Source: Candidatus Multivoradales bacterium (GTDB taxonomy: Bacteria; Acidobacteriota; Thermoanaerobaculia; Multivoradales; JAHEKO01). From it: 64,000 nucleotides of DNA. This document shows positions 18,301-27,300 of this stretch, in pieces. The stretch is from NCBI GenBank assembly GCA_965223155.1, contig CBDCVR010000013.1, positions 160,001 through 224,000 on the forward strand, in the 5' to 3' direction. A model generated the notes under the pieces. That model worked only from the letters and a program-made list of their open reading frames with translations, had not been told where the DNA came from and did not search any database. How positions within the stretch are numbered: the stretch's first letter is position 1; each line of letters begins with the position of its first letter. A program made the translations under genes and the position numbers.

Positions 18301-21300
18301 GGGCGGAACCTTCGCCGGCGGCGACGGACTGTCGATGAGCGTGCCGGCGGGCGCTCTAACCGGAGATGCCGAGGTGCGGGTGACGGCCCTGTCCGAACAG
18401 GGAGTGCCCGCGCTTCTGCCGTACGGGTGGACGCCCCGAGGCGCGGCCTGGGTGGACTTCGGCGGCGTCGTCCCGGTTGCCCCGGCGACCGTGACCCTGC
18501 CGGTCGAGAGCGCCGACGGTGTGCTCCTGGCGGTGGCCGCGCTGGATGCGGCGACCCTGCAATGGCGGACGCTACGGCTCGAGGCCGTCGCCGATGGCGC
18601 GGTCCAGTTCGCGGTCACGGGTGACGGAGGATTCGCAGCGGTCGAGGCCGACGCTGGGTCCCTGGCCCCGCCGCCGGCCGAGCCCGGGCTCGTTCTGGGA
18701 TCCGCCGCGGCGCCGGTTGCCACCGACGTCGCCGGCGCCGCGCTGGCCTTCTCCCCGGAGATCGTGCTGCCGGCGCAAACGAGCCTTGCCACCACGGTCT
18801 ACACCCTGGACGCGGAGGTTCCGTCCGGGCTGCCACTGACGCTCTTCGTGCGCGAAGAGCTCGAGCTCCTGGACGGCAGCTCGCGGGTCGAGGCTCCGTA
18901 CGAGGCGGATCTGGTCGTGTACCGGGATCCTCAGGGCGGCGCGCGCTCCCGCTTCCGGTTGAGACCGTCACGCGCCGCGCGGACTCTGCCGATTCAGCTC
19001 GGCCACGACGACGTGAGCGTTCGCCTGTTCGCGGGCGAGACCGTTCGCGGCAACGTTCTCGGACCGGCCGGCGGGGTCGTGACGAATGACGAGGGCGATA
19101 CCGTCTCGGTGCCCGCGGGCGCCTTCGACGAGCCCACCGCCGTGGTTCTCTCGCGCGCCGCGGCCGAGGCTCTGCCCCTGCCGTTGCCGGTGCCGGGCAC
19201 GGTTCACGGAATTCTGGAGCTGGATCTGGCCGGCGCCGTCTTGCCCGCGACGGCCGATCTGTCGTTTGCCACCGACCCGGCCCCGGCCGCCGGTTCGACC
19301 GCTCTTCTTCTGCAGGCGATCGATCTCGAGGCCTTCGGCGCACTGACCCAGAGCTCGGCCTTCCGGGCCGTGGCCGAGCTCGAGGCGACGGCTGGGGGCT
19401 GGGCGACTCGCGCGATCGATCCCGCGGACCTGGACTGGCCCGGCGTCCGCTCCGGAGGTCTCTACCTGGCCTACAGCCCGCCGGGCGACGGTGGGTATTT
19501 CCGGGGCACGGTGTACGACGTCGGCGGCGGCAACATCGTCGCCGATGCCCTGGTCTCCGGAGCCGGTCTCGACTGGGTGCAACTGAGCGGTCCCGCGGGC
19601 TCGTACGTCCTGCCCGCGCCGGTCCTGGCCGAGCCGGAGACCCTCGAGGTTGCGGCCGAGGACCTGGGCACCGGAAGCCGGGTGGCGCTGCCGGCCGCGA
19701 TTCGGGCCGCCGCCGAGCGAGTCGATCTGGATCTCACGCTCGCGGTCGTCGCACCGGCCGTTCTGGCGATCGCTCCCGCGGATGGGACCACCGGAGTCCC
19801 TGCGGGCATCGAGCCCACGGTCTCGTTCTCGGAGCCTGTGGATCCGGCGAGCCTCGCCGCCGGCATTCGGCTGCTCGAGGGCGGAACTCCCGTGGATCTT
19901 TCGTTCGCGGTCGAGGGCTCCCTGGTCCGCGTCCTGCCGGCGGCGACTCTCATGCCCGGAACCGGCTACGAGCTCCAGGTGGGAACCGCGGTCACCGACC
20001 TTCAGGGTTTCCCGCTCGTGGCTCCGGCCTCGGCGAGCTTTACCACCCTCGAGGTCCTGGTCAACGAAGACGTGGATCTGACCCGGATTCTCTTGATCGA
20101 GCCGGACGCGGCGGGCATGGCTCGGGTGGTCGCGGGTCCGGGAGCGGTCCCGGCCGGCGCTCTCGTCTTTGTCGAGAACACCACGGCGCTGGTGGACACT
20201 CCGTCTCTCGAGGCCGCGACCGACGGCAGCTTCGAGACCGAGATTCAAGCCGAGCTCACCGACCGGCTGCTGTTGCACGTCTTGATCGAGGGCTCGAACG
20301 AGCTCATCCTGTGGCTGACCCCGTTCCGGACCAGCGATCTCAAAGGTGCCTACGTGGGCCCGGAGGCGGTCCGCTACGTGACCGGCGACGGCATCATCGT
20401 GACCGTGGAAGAAGGGACCTTCGACGAGCCTGCCGAGGTCCGCGTCGAGCCGGTACCGGTCGAGAACGCGACCGCTCCGGCTCCTCGCGATTTTGCGATC
20501 GTCGCGGGTCTGCACGTGGACTTCGGGGGTGCCAGGGCCAAGAAGGGGCTGCGGGTGAGCCTGCCGGCTCCGGAGGACGCTCCGGATGCGATCTACCTCC
20601 TCTCCCGGGTGATCCGGATCTTCGAGGGCAAGCGCTGGCAGATGGACGACATCGTGCGCCTCGAAGACGGCCGCCTCACCACCGAGGATCCGCCGGAGGA
20701 AGGCGAGCAGCAGGCGAGCGGCCTTGGCGACGCCGCCACCCGGATGGCTGCCCGGACCGGTCCTCCGATCGGCTCGCCGGCCGCGGCCAGACCCACCTAC
20801 GCCCAGCCACCGCGCTACTTCGACCTCATGATCCGTCCGGCCAGCCACGAGCCGGACCCGCCCATTCCGCACGAGGCCTTGCCGGGCATGTGGTCGCCGT
20901 CCACGGGGCGGGACTACTTCATCAACCTGCCCTCGGCGGCCTTGGACTTCACCCTGGTGCCCACCTTCGGCGCGGTGTCCTTCTCGATCCTTCCGGACTG
21001 GGACTACGCGGCCATGATCGCGGGTGGAGTGCGGGGCCTGGTCGAGGGAATGCTCGCGATTCCGCACCGCCGCGGCGAGCCCTTCCAGATGGAGGTGCGC
21101 GATCTCGCCACCGGCTACCTCCTGTTCTCGGACACCTTCGACAGCCCACCCGATCCGGGCGAGCTCCAGGAGCTGCAGCCCGATCTGACCCTTGGGGACT
21201 CGAAGGCGCCTTCGGTGGTGTCCGCTTCGTCCCCGATTGCGCTGGTACCCCTGAGTGTGGGCCAGCCCGACGGCTTGGTGCGGCCTGGTATCCAGGTCGA

Positions 21301-24300
21301 GAGCGGTTCCGCGGACCCGTCCGCGCCCGTGGGCAGCCAGAAGCTGACCGTGACCGGTGCTCCGGGAGCGGCCCAGGCTGAGGTGCGCGTCCGCCTGGTC
21401 CGGCTCGGCGGCGGCGAAGCCGCCTTGACCACCACCGGCGGCGACGGCTCGTTTGCCTTGAGTGTTACCGGGCAGGTCGGGGAGGGCTTCATCCTTGCGA
21501 TCGGCGCCACGGTGCTCAACGACGCCAGCTTCGAGATCGAGTTCACCGAGGCCATGAGCGACGATCTGAGCGCTATTCGAGTCCTCGGCGCCGGCGACGT
21601 GGACGCCGCCGCGAAGGTGGATCCGGTCGGCACCCGCGAACGCGTTCAGGTGCGGCCGAGCACCGGCTGGCGGGCGGGTGAGAGGTACAAGCTGGTCCTG
21701 GGTCCCGGCCTCGCGGACACCGCCGGCAACGCCTGGAACACGACGGTCGAGGTCGATTTCGCAGTCGAGCAGGCCCGTCAGCTAGGCGGCTATCAGCACG
21801 ACTGGGTGCAATCGACCGCGCGTGTGGGGAACCTCCTGTTTCTGGCGGGTGGCGACCTGACCATCGTCGACGCCAGCGATCCGGCCCAGCTCGTCGACTA
21901 CATTCCTGGCGGCCATCCGCTCCGGACGCCGGGACTGACGCGCGGCATCGCCGTCGATCCGCACCGGCGGCTGGTGATCGCGAGTGGTGGCGACGGTCTC
22001 AGGGTCGGCTTCCTCCACATCATCGATCCGCTCGAGATCGATCCCGCTCGCGACGGCGCCGATCCTCAGGGATTCAGCACCGCCGTGCGGGGCACGCCGC
22101 GCGTGTATCACCCGGCGGTCAAGGGCGGGACGGTCGTGTCCAATTCGAGCGGGCTGTTCTCGAGCGTGCCCGACGGGCAGCCACGGCGCCTGGACATCTT
22201 GTCGAATGACGACGTGGATGAGTGGGTCCTGGGCGAGCAGGCTCCGGCCGGCGTCACCGTGAGCTTCGATCCCGCCGCCGACGGCACCGGGACCGCCACG
22301 ATCGTGGGCCTGGGAGGCAGCCCGGGTCTGCCGGTGACCCTCGAGGATGTTCAGTTCGGCCGCTGGGACCGAGTCGATGCCGGTCTCGACGGATCGTTCA
22401 CGCTCGCGGTCTCGGCCCGGAGCGGTTCGCTCCTGCGCTTGCTCAAGAACCGGCAGTCGATCGCCTACGTCGCTATCAGCGGCGGCGGGGTGGGAGTCGT
22501 GGACGTCAACGGCTTCTACAACGAGGACCCGGAAAACGACAACAACGACAGCCAGCTTCTGAATACCTTCGACGGCCGCGGAGCCGGCATCACGTTCTGC
22601 AACGAGATCGCGCCCGACACGACCAGGGCGTCGAACGTGGTGGTGATGAGCGAGCCGGACAACCACGTGCCGCTGGCGATTCCGTCCAGCATCACGAGTC
22701 ACGGGGTCATGATCTTGTCGGCGCCCCCGTCGGCCCCCTCCGCCGTCCAGCCCCTGGCCAGGACCATTTGCGGCGGCGACGGTGACGGACTGCTGGACCG
22801 GATCGCGGTCGGCCTCGAAGCGCTGATCGACTTCCCGTTCGATCTGAACGGCAACGGACGCTTCGACCCGGCCGAGAAGGAACGCGATTACCTTGTCGTC
22901 GGCCATCTGCGCGGCAAGGTCACGGTCTGGGACGTCACCGAGCGCTCGGCGCCGGCCCAGGTAGCGTCGTTCTCGATCCCGGGCGGGGCCATTCAGGTCG
23001 CCGTGGATCGCGCCTCGCGCCGGATCTACGCCGCCGGATACGGCGGCGGCGTCTGGGTCTTCGACCTCGGTCTGGCGCCGGTCAACGGCCTCGTGGACGC
23101 CGATGGCGATGGACTGGACGACCGCATCCTGGAGCAGATCGAGGGCGACGGCAACACCAAGAACGTCCTGCTCCTGCCCGACCTGGGCCTCATCTACATG
23201 TCGGGTCTGGGGCGAGACGCCCGCGGCGCCACGGTCAGCCGTCCGCTTTTGGCGGCCGTGGCGGCCGACGGAGCCGGTGGCTTCCGCCGGATCGAGCGCC
23301 TGGCGCCCTACGGCGTGCCGACGGTCGAAGACGGCGTCGCCCCGGATCTGGTGGAGCGGACCGGCACCTTCCGCCTGCTGGCCACCTTTCCGAACTACCC
23401 GGCCGACGAGCTCAAGCTGGACGTCACGAGCCTGGGTCCGGGCGGGGTGCCGATCGCGGGCGCGGGCGATCCCGAGGCGGTCGCCGGCTTGCCGGCGGTG
23501 GCCCTTGCCGGAGACGACGGGGTGGTCTTGACGCGCCAGTCGGCGAACCCGATCGAGGAGGCCTACAACGTCTTCCTGTCCGAGGAGATCAAGGTCGTGG
23601 CCGATCTGCGGGCGGCCCGTGACTATCAGTTGACCGATGTCGAGCGCGAGATCTGCACGCGCTGCGAACCGGAGGCCGAGGGCGAGGTTTCGGACACGGC
23701 CCGCGAGCTCCTGTCGGGACACCGGGTGGCGGTCCGGATTCCGGACACCGTGCGCGCAGCGCTGTCCGCGATCTACTCCGATGCCCGGCTGGATGCCTCG
23801 GAGCTCGAGCTTGCAAGCGTGCCCTGGGAACTGTCGCCGGCCGCGCGCCAGGAACCGACCCTGAACCCCAGCTACGGGCGGGGCGAGGCAGCGCCGGGAA
23901 CGCTCTTGCACTCGGGCGAGGTCTCGCACGCGGTGACCGATCTCGCGGTCCGGAGCAGGGGTCTCGACTTCGCCTTTACCCGGACGTACCGTTCGCAGAC
24001 GGTGGGGTCTGGACCACTGGGCCCGGGCTGGGATCACGGCTACCGGAAGCGGTTGCGCGAGTTGCCGAACGGCGACGTCGAGTACTTCGACGGCCGCGGC
24101 CGGCGCGAGCTGTTCACGAGAAACGCCGCCGGCGATGGCGATGGCGCGTCCGAGTTCGATCCGGCGCCGGGCCGGTTCGCGGAGCTCAAGCGCACGGCCA
24201 CCGGCTGGCTCTTGATCGACGCCCGGCGCAACATCGCGACCTTCGATCGCTTCGGGCGGCTCGAGAAGCTGGCGGACCCGGCCAAGGAGTCTGAGACGAC

Positions 24301-27300
24301 GGGCAACGAGATGGCCTTCGAGTACGACGCGGCGTCGAACCTGATCCGGATCGTGGACACCCTCGGCCGCGAGTACCTCTTCGACTACGACGCCGCCGGG
24401 CGCCTGATCTCGATCACGGACTTCGACGGCCGGGAAGTGCGCTACGAGTACGACGGTCCGACTGGCTCGACTGGCTCGGGCGCCCGCCTGATCCGTGTCT
24501 CCTCGCCGGAGATTTCGGTCGGCGAGGCGCCGCTGGGCCGGCTGGTGACCGAGTGCGTCTACGAGAGTCCGGCCGGAGGCGGCCTGGCCGTGAATCTCAA
24601 TGCCCGAGACAACATGACGGCTCTGATCGACGCGCGGGGCACGAGCTGGCTCGAGCACAGCTACCAGGACGAGGACGGGGATGGGCGCTCGGACGAGGTA
24701 GCGGGGCAGATCTGGGGCGGTGAGAGCCTGTCGCTCGACTACGCGTTCGCGTCGGCCGGTTCGAGCGCCGGCACGGTGACGACGGTGACCGATCGGCGGG
24801 GCAACCCGTCAACGACGACGCATGACGCCGACGGGCACGCGACGAGCCACACCGACCAGGCGTCCCACACGTGGACGACCGAGTACGACTCGGAAGGGCT
24901 GGTGACGCTCGAGGCTCAGCCGCTGGGACGGACGACCGAGTACCTCTACGACACGGACACGGGCTTGCGCTCGCGGGGCAACGCGGTGCGGATCACGGTG
25001 ACTCCGGACGGCCGGGGCGCCAACGGCGCGACGCCGTCGCTGGTGACGACCGTGGAGTACGACCTGCCGACCAACCAGCCGGTCGAGATCGTGGATCCGC
25101 GGGGCTCGGTAACCGAGATCACGCGGGCGCTGACGGGTCTTCCGAGCCGGGTGACGCGGGCGTCGGGCGCGACCGAGGCTTCGACGACCGAGTACGCCTA
25201 CAACGACTACGGCCAGGTGACGCGGGCCACGAACCCGAACGGCAATGTGACCGAGTACTCGTACTTTGCGAGCGGTCCGAGCCTTGGCTACCTCCAGCAG
25301 ACGGTGACGGCTCCGGGCGTGCTGGATCTAGCCACCCGGTACACGACCGACGCCCGGGGCAACGTCACGGCGGTGACGGATCCGCGGGGAGTACGACACA
25401 CGACGGTCTACAACGAGCTCGACTGGCGGGTGGCCTCGACCCAGGCGGCGTCGGGGGCGTCGTCCACGCCGGCCCTGGGCTATACCTCGAGCTACCTCTA
25501 CGACGCCAACGGCAATCTCGTAACCGAGCGGCAGCCGTTCGGGGAGACGGGCTCGGCGGCGACCGAGACCCGGTACACCTACGGTGCCTTGAGCGAGCTG
25601 GTGACGACGACGCGGGAGATCGAAGCGGGCGGCGCCGTCACCGTCGAGAGGCGGGCCTACGACGCCAACTACAACCTGGAGTCGGTGATCCACCCGGAGG
25701 GGAACGAGACCCGCAACGTCTACGGTCCGCGCAACCTCCTCCTCTCGACGACGCGAGGCTTCGGCTCGCCGGAGGCGGTCGTTGACTCCTATGTCTACAA
25801 CGCCGACCGCGAGCGGACGGCCTACACCAACGGGCGCTTGCAGAGCTTTGCGACCGAGTACGACGGCTACGGGCGGGTGGCTCGGGTGGTGGACCCCCTG
25901 GGCAACGCGACGGTGTCGAAGTACGACGCCAACGGCAACGTGGTCGAGTCCGAGCACTACGACCCGGCGGGGACGCTCCTGGCGGAGTCGGCCGGCGAGT
26001 ACGACCTTCTGAACCGGAAGACGGCGAGCCTCGAGGCCCTCTTCGACGCCGGGGATCCTACGACCGAAGGGATCCTGCGCTCGGAGACCGTCTACGATGC
26101 GGCCTCGAACGTGCGCCAGACGACCGACGCTCTGGGCCGGACGACGGTGTCGCGCTACGACGAGGCCGAGCGTCTGGTCGAGACCATCGACCCGGCCGGC
26201 AACCGGCTGGTGCGCACCCTCGACGCCAACGGCAACGCCACCCTGACGGAGTCGGTCGAGACGACCCCGGACGGCGGCACGGTGACGGTTCCGTACCAGA
26301 CGGCCTACGACGCGCTCAACCGGCCGGTCTCGCGCACCGACGCTTTGGGGAACGTGACCCGGACGGCCTACGACGCGCGCTCGAACGCGATCCGGCAAAC
26401 GGACGCCGAAGGGCACGTGACGGCGTCGTTCTACGATGGTCTCGACCGGCGGATCCGGGCGGTGCGTCCGGAGGGGATCTCGATCGAGTCCGCCTTTGAC
26501 GGCAACTCCCGGCTGACCCGGTACCGGGACGCTCGGGGCAACGAGACGAGCTGGACCTACGATGCCCTGGACCGGAAGGCGACGACGACCTATCCGGACC
26601 AGACGTCCGAGAGCTACGCCTACGACGGCGCCGGCAACGTGACCCAGGTTGCCGACGCCAACGGCTCGACCGTGACCCAGACCTACGACGCGGCGAACCG
26701 GCTGACGGCACGCTCGGTGGCGGCGGGTCCGGGCATCGAAGGCATCACGACCGAGACCTACGGCTACGACGGCCTGTCCCGGGTGGTGACGTCCGAGTCC
26801 CCGGCGGCGGTGACGAGCTTTGCCTACGACTCGCTGTCGCGGATGACCTCGGAATCGCGTGCGGTCGGCGGCGGCTCCGGCTCGACCGCTAAGATCGTCT
26901 CCTACGCCCACGACCGGGTGGGCTCGGTGACCCGTGCCACCTACCCGTCGGGGCACGAGGCGGCCCGGACGTTCGATCCGCTGGATCGGCCGCTGGGGGT
27001 CCAGGCGGGAACGGCTGGAGCGGGGAGCCAGGCCGTCTCCTACGGCTACAGGGGCCCGGACCTGGTCCAGACCAAGGCCCTGGGCAACGGCGTTGCGGGC
27101 GAGATGGCCTTCGACGGGGCGAAGCGAGTGGTGGGCACCTCGTACAGCCGGCCTGGCTCCAGTGGTTCGAGTGGCTCCAGCGGCGGCTCCGGTACGGCCT
27201 TCTCGGAGACGATCGCCTGGAGCCCGCGGCATCTCAAGGTCGAGACCACCCGGGCGGACCTGGGCGGGCGCGGGCTCCTGCTGGCCTACGACGGGGCGGG

